Of a stretch of 11,854 bases of DNA, positions 1-8,180 are shown one piece after another. This DNA is from Paraspadella gotoi (lineage: Eukaryota > Animalia > Chaetognatha). How positions within the stretch are numbered: position 1 is the first letter of the stretch; the number at the start of each line of letters is the position of its first letter. The translations under genes and the position numbers were made by a program. Below the pieces are notes generated by a model. That model saw only the letters and a list, made by a program, of their open reading frames with translations. It did no database searches and was not told the origin of the DNA. The stretch lies in the NCBI GenBank assembly GCA_051294375.1, contig JBJCIZ010001658.1:1-11854 (forward strand). The letters are read 5' to 3'.

Positions 1-2
1 CG

Positions 3-1457
3 AGAACGCGAGACGCCGTGGCCGAGAAATTTGTCTGGCCATCCATGCGCGCGGATGTGACACGTTGGGCGCGCGAGTGCATTGCCTGCCAGCGCGCTAA
101 GGTGACGCGCCACGTCATTCCGGAAATCGGCGAGTTTGTAGTGCCGCCACGCCGCTTTCAGCACGTGCACGTGGACCTCGTTAAGATGCCCTCTTCAAAC
201 GGCTTCACGTACCTCCTCACCGCCGTCGACAGATTTACGAGATGGCCAATAGCGGCGCCAATCAAAGACATTACTGCAACCACCGTTGCCGACACATTCG
301 CGCATCACTGGGTCGCATCTTTCGGCATCCCCGCCGAAATCACCACGGATCGCGGCTCACAATTTTCATCAGCAATCTGGCGACAACTCGCCAAAACGTG
401 GAGTTGCCAACTTCGTTTGACTACAGCCTACCATCCAGAAGCAAACGGGCTGGTCGAGCGATTCCATCGTCGCCTAAAGGAATCTCTCATTGCAATCTCC
501 ACGGATGACCCCAGTGGCTGGTATTGGAGACTCCCCTCGGCACTTCTCGCAATCCGCACCACCATCAAGCCGGATGTGGATGCGTCCCCAGCCCAGTTGG
601 TCTACGGAGACGCCCTCACAGTCCCCGGCGACATCCTTGGGCCGAGCCAATCTGAGGCGGAAGAACGAGAAGCTCGCCGACGCCTCAGAGATGAACTCCG
701 AATGGAAGTCGAGCGGCTCCAACCCGCGCCAACCAGCAGACACAGAAGACCTCGGGTACACCTCCCGGACAGCCTCGCGACGTGCACACATGTTTTCATC
801 CGACGCGGCGGCATTAACCCGCCTCTCACTGCACCATACGAGGGCCCTTTCCGCGTCACGGCAAGAGACAATCAAAATTTTAAGATTGACTATCCCGGTA
901 GAGGTGTTGAGACCGTCGCCATAACCCGCGTCAAACCGGCCAACGTCGAGGACGATGAAGACAACGCCGCTCAAGAGGAAGCTCCTCCCGAGCTGAATGC
1001 CCCACCAGCACTCTCTCCAGTCCGTCGACGCCGTCGCCGCCCTCGGCAACCAAGTAACAGCGCCAGAAACAAAGAGCGAAACGAATCACTTCCGGCCACG
1101 CCCATCCCAGCGCCAACGTCACCTCAGTCTCCACCACGGCCGACGTTTCCACTCGAGGCGCCGACGCCGCGCCAACGCCGTCGATCTGGCCTTCGTCCAT
1201 TCCCTCGAGCCAAGCCCTCAGACGCCTGTTTCCGCCCAAGCGCCAATGCGGCGACACGCCCAAATTACAATGTGGTGTTGCGCCACATCCTTCAGCAAAA
1301 TGGAGTAAAGCCCAACCGTGAAGAAAATATCTCCTCGTCTCCAACGGTTTCCTCGTCTGGGGGGGATGTGGGATTCGACCCAGGATTCTTCGCCTTTGAA
1401 GCTGAGGGAGTTGGCAAGATCGCCGATATTGATATTATAAATTTAACCTTAACTTAA
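3..1457 (+). CDS. pol: 3' part of Ty3/Gypsy retrotransposon Pol: integrase (zinc-finger C-terminal half, rve core, GPY/F module) plus low-complexity tail; 5'-truncated by the window edge
   Basis: Frame is open from the left edge (3-17 = RTRDA before the GTG at 18). FVWPSMRADVTRWARECIACQRAKVTRH is the CxxC half of the HHCC zinc finger. Catalytic D (HVHVD, nt 174-176), D (ITTDRGSQF, nt 348-350) and E (TTAYHPEANGLVERFHR, nt 456-458), with exactly 35 residues between the second D and E. GPY/F motif PYEGPFRV (~834-857) is followed by ITRVKPA. The motif set resembles CsRN1-lineage Gypsy integrases (from recall, not a search). Stop TAA at 1455-1457. Confidence 0.96.
   Translation, partial: RTRDAVAEKFVWPSMRADVTRWARECIACQRAKVTRHVIPEIGEFVVPPRRFQHVHVDLVKMPSSNGFTYLLTAVDRFTRWPIAAPIKDITATTVADTFAHHWVASFGIPAEITTDRGSQFSSAIWRQLAKTWSCQLRLTTAYHPEANGLVERFHRRLKESLIAISTDDPSGWYWRLPSALLAIRTTIKPDVDASPAQLVYGDALTVPGDILGPSQSEAEEREARRRLRDELRMEVERLQPAPTSRHRRPRVHLPDSLATCTHVFIRRGGINPPLTAPYEGPFRVTARDNQNFKIDYPGRGVETVAITRVKPANVEDDEDNAAQEEAPPELNAPPALSPVRRRRRRPRQPSNSARNKERNESLPATPIPAPTSPQSPPRPTFPLEAPTPRQRRRSGLRPFPRAKPSDACFRPSANAATRPNYNVVLRHILQQNGVKPNREENISSSPTVSSSGGDVGFDPGFFAFEAEGVGKIADIDIINLTLT
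1359..1366 (+). promoter_or_regulatory. Polypurine tract (plus-strand primer)
   Basis: GGGGGGGA directly abutting TGTG at 1367, downstream of the integrase domain. Confidence 0.8.
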
Positions 1458-1578
1458 AACTAAATATACAAATTGGATAATAAACGATTTTAATAAATCA
1501 AATATAAAGAGTTGTCTCCCGATTTGAGAAGTACCGGGCTGTTTCATTTCACTTAACAGAGACTATAGTGCTGTCACA
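1367..1578 (+). repeat. 3' long terminal repeat (~212 bp)
   Basis: Starts TGTG right after the PPT; first good inverted terminus is CACA at 1575-1578. Contains TATAAA (1436-1441) and AATAAA (1479-1484, 1492-1497). The right end is inferred because the 5' LTR is outside the window; candidate TSD CCAA at 1579-1582. Confidence 0.68.
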
Positions 1579-2039
1579 CCAAAACGATAATTAATTATAG
1601 ATATTTCCAATTACATTAATTATTTGCTAGCCATGTTATTCTGTTATGTTTAAAACAAGAGAACATTACAACCTTAATATTTTAGCTAGAGGCACTCTAT
1701 AGTATTTTCAATGGTTCTCATTCTTGTCATTGTCACTAAGATCTTAGTTCTTCTCTTGTAATGGTTGATTTATTCTACACATTTAACTATCTATCAACTA
1801 ACAGTTTAAATACTTATTCTATATTTGTTAATGTTTAAGCTTGATTTATGTCATTCCTTATTGATGTTAGCTATTATTTGTTACTACCGCTTTTGTTTGT
1901 GTAATGCATATAGATAATTACTATGAATATCTATAGTGCTTTGATTATTTTATTAAGGGTGAATTTTATAATTGAACAATAAAAGATTTTGTTCTTGGAA
2001 ACAATTTTATCATTTGAACGAACTAAGTGCAGCTCAGAC

Positions 2040-2175
2040 GCACGTGGTGAAAATCTTATTGCGAAAAATTAAAAACATAAAATTAATTTTTTTTTACAAA
2101 TTAATGTTCACATGATTGGTAAGTTGTTCATAATTGACTTTTTAGAATTTTTGTTTGTAACTTTCACTCACGTGC
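2040..2175. mobile_element. Small degenerate fold-back / MITE-like element
   Basis: GCACGTG-GTGAAAATCTTATTGCGAAAAATT (2040-2070) versus reverse complement of ~2146-2175, GCACGTGAGTGAAAGTTACAAACAAAAAATT. AT-rich non-coding interior; no clear TSD. Confidence 0.5.
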
Positions 2176-2401
2176 CTTACTGCTTTAAGATAGTTATTGA
2201 ATTAAAAAATGATCAGCTCATAATGCACTATCAATGATATTGTTTATTATAATTAAATTCAATGTATATTCTTTCTTTCTGTACTTTATAATTGATTATC
2301 CTAAGTATTGAAAGAAGTATTAAAGAATACATTCTATGGAAGGATCAACAGTTTTAATTGTTTTTCCTTCTTTTATGAATTATATTATACAAATTACTAC
2401 T

Positions 2402-2504
2402 AGTTAATAAATTAACCAATTTTAACCATTAATGGGTTTAAAGGTTCAATTTTTAACGGTTAACGGCGGACGTTGTAGAAAAATTAATGGTTAAGGAACT
2501 CTAC
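2402..2504. repeat. TTAACC/GGTTAA-rich palindromic repeat cluster (possible non-autonomous transposon relic)
   Basis: Perfect 12-bp inverted repeat TTAACCATTAAT (2422-2433) / ATTAATGGTTAA (2483-2494), plus TTAACGGTTAACGG and TTAACC copies nearby. Confidence 0.45.
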
Positions 2505-2825
2505 AAGATACCATCTAGGCAAAAAGTATTTCCACATATTGTTAAAAAATGCATTTATTCTACTAAGGAATGTTTTAGCCAACCATATGGTCGGATATCT
2601 GCTTACGATAATCTGAAGCGGTAAATTACATTAAGTGGGCAGCTATTCAATACTGATAAATCATGAAAAAATCTTTTAATATGTGATGGCATAACGGGAT
2701 CATAACAGACATTGTAGCCGAGTAGAACTCAACAAGTGGCAGCGATTTACAAATATAGTACAGAAGCATAATTTTGTTTTAACTTGCTCATTTTTATAAA
2801 CTCATATAAAGTGTTTCCCAGACAG

Positions 2826-2903
2826 TTTGCATTTATTTTTTCAATTTGCATTTTTTTTAAGCTTGCATCATTTTTTCAACGCATAATTTTTTTTACGCTA
2901 TAA
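2826..2903. repeat. Degenerate ~17-19 bp minisatellite (TTGCA + T-run)
   Basis: TTTGCATTTATTTTTTCAA / TTTGCATTTTTTTTTAAGC / TTGCATCATTTTTTCAAC / GCATAATTTTTTTTTAC in tandem. Confidence 0.55.
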
Positions 2904-3069
2904 TCGAAATAATGAATGTAATCCAATGGCATGTTAAAACATTTATGAATAAACAATAATATAAAAATTCAAGTCAACTTGATTTTGTTTTTTTTTTTTT
3001 TAAGTAAACCCCATTTCCGCACTGCTGTCATTCCATCTAAACTTTAATTATTCCTGCTAAGTCATCACA

Positions 3070-3523
3070 AATTGTTCGTGCGATGACGGTGTGGTGAGTG
3101 ATGATTAGTGAGCGTGTGGTGTGTCGCTATGCGATGGTAGCACATAGAGATGTGCCTTAGTTGTGCAAATATTGGTTGCATGTTATCAGAGTATTAGTGT
3201 GAGTGTATGGTGCACGCGAGAGAGTGGTATCATAAGAAAGAATTTTAGTAGATTCGGCTGTGGTCGTGTAGGTGGTGTGTTTTGCGATCTCACGAGTTGG
3301 TTTATATATGTGATCTCGTGTGGTGAAGTGTGGGATTAGGATAGTTCAGTTAAAAATTGTGAAGTATCCAACTCACAACACTAGAACTGATCCTAGGTGC
3401 TACACGAGCTGGTATTATAGATGTGTGTGTGGTAGTATACTGCTGTAGGTCGTGAGTGTTGTTTGCGTTCGCGGTGATTGGGGATGATTCATTGGAGCGA
3501 GTGTGCGTTGCGTGGTGTAGCAC
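3070..3523. repeat. TG-rich degenerate repeat block inside copy A
   Basis: GATGATT...GAGCG...GTAGCAC at 3100-3143 and 3483-3523; CACGAG(T/C)TGGT at 3291 and 3403; GTAGGT.GTG at 3268 and 3445; strong G+T bias on the plus strand; ends in G11T11 (3524-3545). Confidence 0.5.
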
Positions 3524-4012
3524 GGGGGGGGGGGTTTTTTTTTTTAATAATTTTATCATTAATTCGAAGTTTTCTGACATGATTCAATCTGAATTGAGCG
3601 CGGGATACAAGTTTATAGGGGTTGGACAGAGCGGACGAAGCAAGGTGAATTATAGAAGTCCGGAATCTGGCATGAAAAGCAGATCTGACCTAAAAAAAGG
3701 ACTGCAAAACATAGGGTAAAACATGCTTAATATTGTTATGCCTGCCTGGGCATCGACTACTGCCTGCATGTGCATGTTGGGGTATGGCTGTCGTACAGTG
3801 AATGGATATATATGACGGAAGGATTTTATTTTTTCCATTCCTCTTTGATGTCAAATTATTTCAGCCCTGCACAGATGTTTAACTAGAAATACGCAAACTT
3901 ATGAACCTAAAAAAAGGTACAGTACTTTCTGGCATAGCCAAAAAAAAAAAGAACTTAGACTTCGAAATAAAAACAATGCAATAACGCAAGAATAGTAAAA
4001 ACTAAAATTTAA

Positions 4013-4355
4013 TTTTTAGTCAGATCTGCTTATCAGCAGATTTCGACTGTAATAATTGCATTTTGTCTATTGCATTGTCCCCTCCAAAAATCTTAGTCGG
4101 TAAATCAATAAACAGAGATCGAATTAATGACAAAAAAAATTATCTGTGGCGTGCTGTCTCTCCAACTGTCTGTCCATGTCCCACCTTAATGAAAAAAGCA
4201 TGTATTGGCCACCATTTGTTTGGTTTGGTACAATCTTTTATTGATCAGTGAGGATCACAAATTAAAGAAATTATGGCATGATTTATCATCTTGATTAGCT
4301 GATGTAACTGCTTAATTTTGTAAGCAGATCCAACATTTGTTTGCTTAAACTTATT
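4013..4355 (+). mobile_element. HINE/DINE-1-like element, copy B (compact, both ends recognisable, ~340 bp)
   Basis: 5' TTTTT plus stem-loop AGTCAGATCTGCT-TATC-AGCAGATTTCGACT (4018-4048); core; GTCY remnant CTGTCTGTCCATGTCC (~4166-4181); 3' inverted subTIR AGCAGATCCAAC (4323-4334), short palindrome GTTT-GCTT-AAAC (4339-4350) and TTATT end. Homologous to copies A and C. Confidence 0.72.
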
Positions 4356-5787
4356 TAATACATTTTTCACTTGAGATAGCAATGTTTTTTGGCCTGTAAA
4401 CAATTATTGAGGCTATAAAAAAATGAAAGAAAGCTAGTGAAAAAAACTTAATGTATATTCTGAACTTTCTGATTGGTGGTTTTTTAATATGTGAACAAGT
4501 TTTTCAAGTAAAGTATCCCTTTCACTAAAAATGGTGATTACTTTTTGCCGGTAGGATGGTATTCGGAAGGGCAAATTTAGGATGTCCGCTCACAAATTGA
4601 TTTAATACAGGCATTTTTAGAATAGAAAACAATTTAATAGTTTGTTAGTATTGAATTCATATCAAATGTCAATTTTTTATTTTTTTAATGAGGTGACTTA
4701 CGTAGCATGTATTCACCGTCCGAAGTGGAACGAGAAGGCAAAAAACTAATATTATCGTTTTAAGGTTTTCGTCGTTGGCAGCCCTGAGAAGAGGAGATAT
4801 AGTTCTAAAGAATGAAAAATGTGAGAAGATAATTTTTAGAAAAAATTTTTAAGTTCAATAACAATTAAAAGGTCAAGTTATGGGAAAAATATTGATTCTT
4901 GCCCATCGACAACACATGAGGTTCTTATCAGCTACTTTCATACGCAATACATCTGTAGTCTAACCATTGTTCAATGGGTGAATGCACCATCCGCAAGACG
5001 TTCGTTTCATCCACAGTCCAAACGGCTGTCCCTCTGCATTGGCAAAGTGAGATCCATCCTAAGGTAACTGCGCCGGTTTGACAGGGAGGCGTCCTAAAAG
5101 CCATCAGTCGAGATGCCCCACATCTCAATGGCAACACAGGGCAACCCGGCTGTTACCGAGAGAGTATTTAAAACCAATGTGTAAAATCAACCAAAAATTT
5201 TTGAATCCGCATTGCCTCAAAATTTAAATTCGCTTAATAGCTATCTTACCCCTGAGTTTTTGGAGACGGCTGATGGGTGGGATAATGGAGGCGCTCAACA
5301 TGCTCTCTTACTATAGATGGTAATAAAGATAAGAGAGGAATGCGCAAAGCTATTTATTAGTTAAGAGAAAATTTGATATCAACCTTCGAAAAAAATCCTC
5401 AAATATCAAAAAAAAGACTTCAGGAGAGCCTGTTTTGATCCATTGCCATATATGATGCCCACTATTAAAACCCGTCAGTATTTTTAGCATGGTTTGATGC
5501 CAATATAAATTATTTTAGATTGAAAGATGTATAATGCATAAAACTTACTTTTGTTTGGGAGAATCTGAGGTTGTAGCGAAAGATTCCTTTCAAGTGTGAC
5601 TAAAAATCGTGAAAATGAAAAGAGTTGCCAATGGGCCGAAGGAGTTCAAAAACAGGAAAAACCATCTTTATACATTTCAAGCAGACTGAAAAAATTTAAA
5701 ATGAGAAAGATTAGCGGAAAGCTAAGAGAATTTTTAATAAGTTTGAGCAAACATGTTGGAGTGCTGCCCACAGATCATTTGCGGCAG

Positions 5788-6033
5788 TTAATTATTTAAT
5801 TAACTATAGTAGAAGCTAAAATAATAATTTAATTATAAATTAATGTGATTGATTGAATAATAGATTATTAATTAATTCATAAATAAATTTATTATTGAAA
5901 TAATTAATTAATAGATAACTTAAATAAATTGCTTGAAGTTGAATAATTGATTGTCCCATTAATAAAATTATTTAAATTAATATAAGTTGACTAATTGATG
6001 TAACTAACTGATTGAATTAGTTGATTAATTTAA
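5788..6033. repeat. Extremely AT-rich TAAT/AATTGA low-complexity repeat within copy C
   Basis: Recurrent AATTAATT, TAAATT and TTGATT motifs with very few C or G. Confidence 0.6.
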
Positions 6034-6059
6034 TACATCTTGCGTTTACATTTATATAA

Positions 6060-6310
6060 AAAGAAGCATCTCAATTAGTCGAAACAGGTTTTGTTTTTTC
6101 CATTTAAACTCATTCCCAACCTCAGGACGATTCTAAATCGAAACTTGATTTTCCAGCTTAATCAACACACTTACCGTACCCACATAACAAAATCTCAAGT
6201 CAATAGCCCCGTCCCCTTTTTTTATTTTCCCATTTACACTCATTGTCCATCTCGCACGATTCCGATCAAAACCGTCGCATAATACTCGCTTCAAGTCATT
6301 CGCAATCCAT
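6060..6310. repeat. Two ~125-130 bp diverged tandem units within copy C
   Basis: TTTTCCATTTAAACTCATTCCCAACCTCAGGACGATTCTAAATCGAAAC (6096-6144) vs TTTTCCCATTTACACTCATTGTCCATCTCGCACGATTCCGATCAAAAC (6225-6272); ATCTCAA at 6068 and 6192. Confidence 0.65.
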
Positions 6311-6358
6311 TCCATCCAATGCACGAGCAATTGGAGTTTTTTGCGTGAAGGTTGAGAT

Positions 6359-6417
6359 GGACGAACAGGACGACAGACGGACGGAGAATGTGTCGGGACG
6401 GAAGACGGATGGACAGA
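6359..6417 (-). repeat. Degenerate (GTCY)n microsatellite
   Basis: Plus strand reads GGACGAACAGGACGACAGACGGACGG...GGACGGAAGACGGATGGACAG, i.e. GTCC/GTCT units on the minus strand, a hallmark of DINE-1/HINE elements. Confidence 0.65.
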
Positions 6418-8103
6418 TATCTTTCTTTGCATAATATAGTCATAAATTTTTGATGGTTGTCTGACATGATATAGGAGTGATGCCGCAAGCAAGATTGAGG
6501 GGGGCGGACAATGGATCCAACAAGAGTGAATTATAGAGGTCGGATCTGCTGATTAATGATCTTAGTTGAAGGCCAGTAGACGTGTGATGAGACGGTCTGG
6601 AGAATGCTGCTGCGCGGTTTCTTTGGAAATCGTTTTGAGTGGAAATGAGTTAAAAAAAAAACCGTGTTTCCACTAATTGATTATGCTTCTTTTCTTTTTA
6701 TATGAAATGTAAATGCAGATGTATTATTAATTTGAAAAACAATCGGCTCGTTTGACTGAAACCACTACTTACCTAATACTTAGTACAGTAGTCAAATATT
6801 TTTTGGGCAATTTCAGTTTAATCTCCTGGTTATCGAGCGTAATTGCAAAATGTTAAAATTTCAATGAACGTGATTTAGAGAAGAAGTGATAGATATGGAA
6901 TATACAATATACATAGTACAGTAAGATATGTTCGATCTTATATGTCTATGAGTTTTCTGTAGGCGAGTGTTTTTCAGGTCAGTGTGTTGTGCTTCATCGT
7001 GCGATGTCCATCTTGTCTTTTTCATCTTCTCAAGCTTTTTTTCGTCACTGGCCGGTTCGCTTTTCTCAAGTGTCGCTCCTCACGTATTTGCCCGTCGAAA
7101 CAACACGGCGATCAATTTCCAATTGCCCCCCCTCTCCCCTCTTGCCACCCAACTCAGTCAATTGCAAATATTCGACCGGCGCGTTGCCGAAACGGCCTTG
7201 TCGGCCCGTATTCGTCGCCAGAAGCTGTCCGGCGGTCATTTGTCGACTGGAGATTCCGCTCGTCCCGAGTTAACCATTCCATCCTTGCTCTCGTCTCCAC
7301 CTTATTCAATTTCTCTCGTGCGCTCTGCTCTTCTCTATCTCGCACCGTGCACTGGCCAGGCAACGCGTATTTCTTGAAATTCTAAGAGTCCGAATCATTC
7401 ATCTCCAGATGCTAGACTATCGTCAATGGAGAATTGTCACTTCACCGTTTTCCCCTCTCCCTTCAAGACTTTCTGCTACTTATTTAGGAAAGGCCAAGTC
7501 TCGAAATTGAGAAATCATATTCTGCATTACTGATCCTTCTATAGACCGTAGAACTGAATGTAAATCACCAGTAGTTACTTTCCTCACGTATATTTGTTTT
7601 CTTATTACCTTTCCTTTTCAAACCAATCTCCGCTTTTTTCCCTAACCAATTTCTAATCCATTTCTATCCTGTCATTCCCTTCCGCCCCCTGTCCCCCTCT
7701 CTTCCCCCTGTCCTCTCTGCTCTTCGCGCCCCCTTCTCGCAATCTCCCCCTTTCCCTCCTCTCGCCTCCCGAGTAGCTATCAAAACATTGAATTGGGCAG
7801 TTACTCCTAAATGGCGGGGCTGCACATTTGCCCGCAGTCCGGCGGAAGGTCACGTGGGTTGTCTAGAAAAAAGGTGCGAAGGGGGGGGGAATTTTTGAAG
7901 CGGGGAAAGACTGAGGAAAGGAGGGGTCAAGGGGGTACTGTTTTGGAATCCGAGGGGGGAGGGGTTTAGGTGGGTTGTGAGGGTATGGGAAGGGCAGGTG
8001 GTCGAGGGGGTTTGGTCCGGGGAGGAAGTTGGAGGGGTCAATCAAAGGGTTGATATACTCGCTCGCCCGGTTTGCGGAGAGCTGGGAAAAGTGACTGCCA
8101 TTG

Positions 8104-8180
8104 AGAGGGCAGGGGGGAAGAGAGAGGGAAAGAGAGAGAGAGAGGGAGAGAGAGAGAGAAGTTAGAGGAGAGAGAGAAAG
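8104..8180 (+). repeat. (GA)n / polypurine microsatellite
   Basis: AGAGAGGGAAAGAGAGAGAGAGAGAGGGAGAGAGAGAGAGAA and flanking purine runs. Confidence 0.85.

Larger units (their letters stand above)
1..1578 (+). mobile_element. Ty3/Gypsy LTR retrotransposon, 3' end (probably CsRN1/Kabuki/Boudicca-like)
   Basis: Integrase is the last Pol domain (Gypsy order), followed by a PPT, a TG-starting LTR and then AT-rich flank. Confidence 0.92.
2567..3698 (-). mobile_element. HINE/DINE-1-like (Helentron-derived) non-autonomous element, copy A, with large central repeat insert
   Basis: 2567-2750 aligns to the reverse complement of 4355-4200 (exact ATCTGCTTAC 2597-2606 vs 4320-4329; TGATAAATCATG 2654-2665 vs 4277-4288). 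3556-3698 aligns to copies B and C (TCATTAATTCGA 3556-3567 vs 4119-4130; TCTGACATGAT 3573-3583 vs 6460-6470; GTGAATTATAGA 3645-3656 vs 6526-6537; terminal AAGCAGATCTGACCTAAAAAAA). Could alternatively be two separate fragments. Confidence 0.65.
5736..6567 (-). mobile_element. HINE/DINE-1-like element, copy C (~830 bp)
   Basis: AATAAGTTTGAGCAAACATGTTGGAGTGCT (5736-5765) matches the reverse complement of the copy B 3' end (AATAAGTTTAAGCAAACAAATGTTGGATCTGCT), with hairpin GTTTG-AG-CAAAC. RGAC/GTCY microsatellite at 6359-6417. Core and decayed 5' hairpin at 6420-6567 (GGTCGGATCTGCTGAT) match copies A and B. Confidence 0.7.

Noticed and set aside
242-1344. Overlapping alternative-frame and antisense ORFs inside pol (242-508, 474-1049, 490-924, 602-871, 931-1344, 997-1308)
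   Set aside because: Shadow ORFs expected in GC-rich coding DNA; no recognisable motifs.
1563-1940. CTATAGTGCT repeated at 1563 and 1931
   Set aside because: Single 10-mer with no flanking similarity; compatible with chance.
3765-3776. Tandem TGCATG (RBFOX-type motif)
   Set aside because: No supported exon nearby; too short to call.
3618-4085. Single MITE with long TIRs
   Set aside because: Homology extends well beyond these apparent TIRs on both sides and there is no TSD; better explained as two inverted HINE-like copies.
3350-4251. Short ORFs 3350-3580, 3456-3719, 3650-3838, 4063-4251
   Set aside because: They lie in or across non-coding repeat copies and homopolymer runs; no protein-like features.
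5596-5799. 67-aa Lys-rich ORF
   Set aside because: GTG start, A-rich composition, and it runs across the end of repeat copy C.
6091-6492. ORF 6133-6492 (minus) with donor-like ACG|GTAAGT, and overlapping ORFs
   Set aside because: Entirely within HINE copy C, crossing its GTCY microsatellite and tandem units; exonisation is possible but unsupported.
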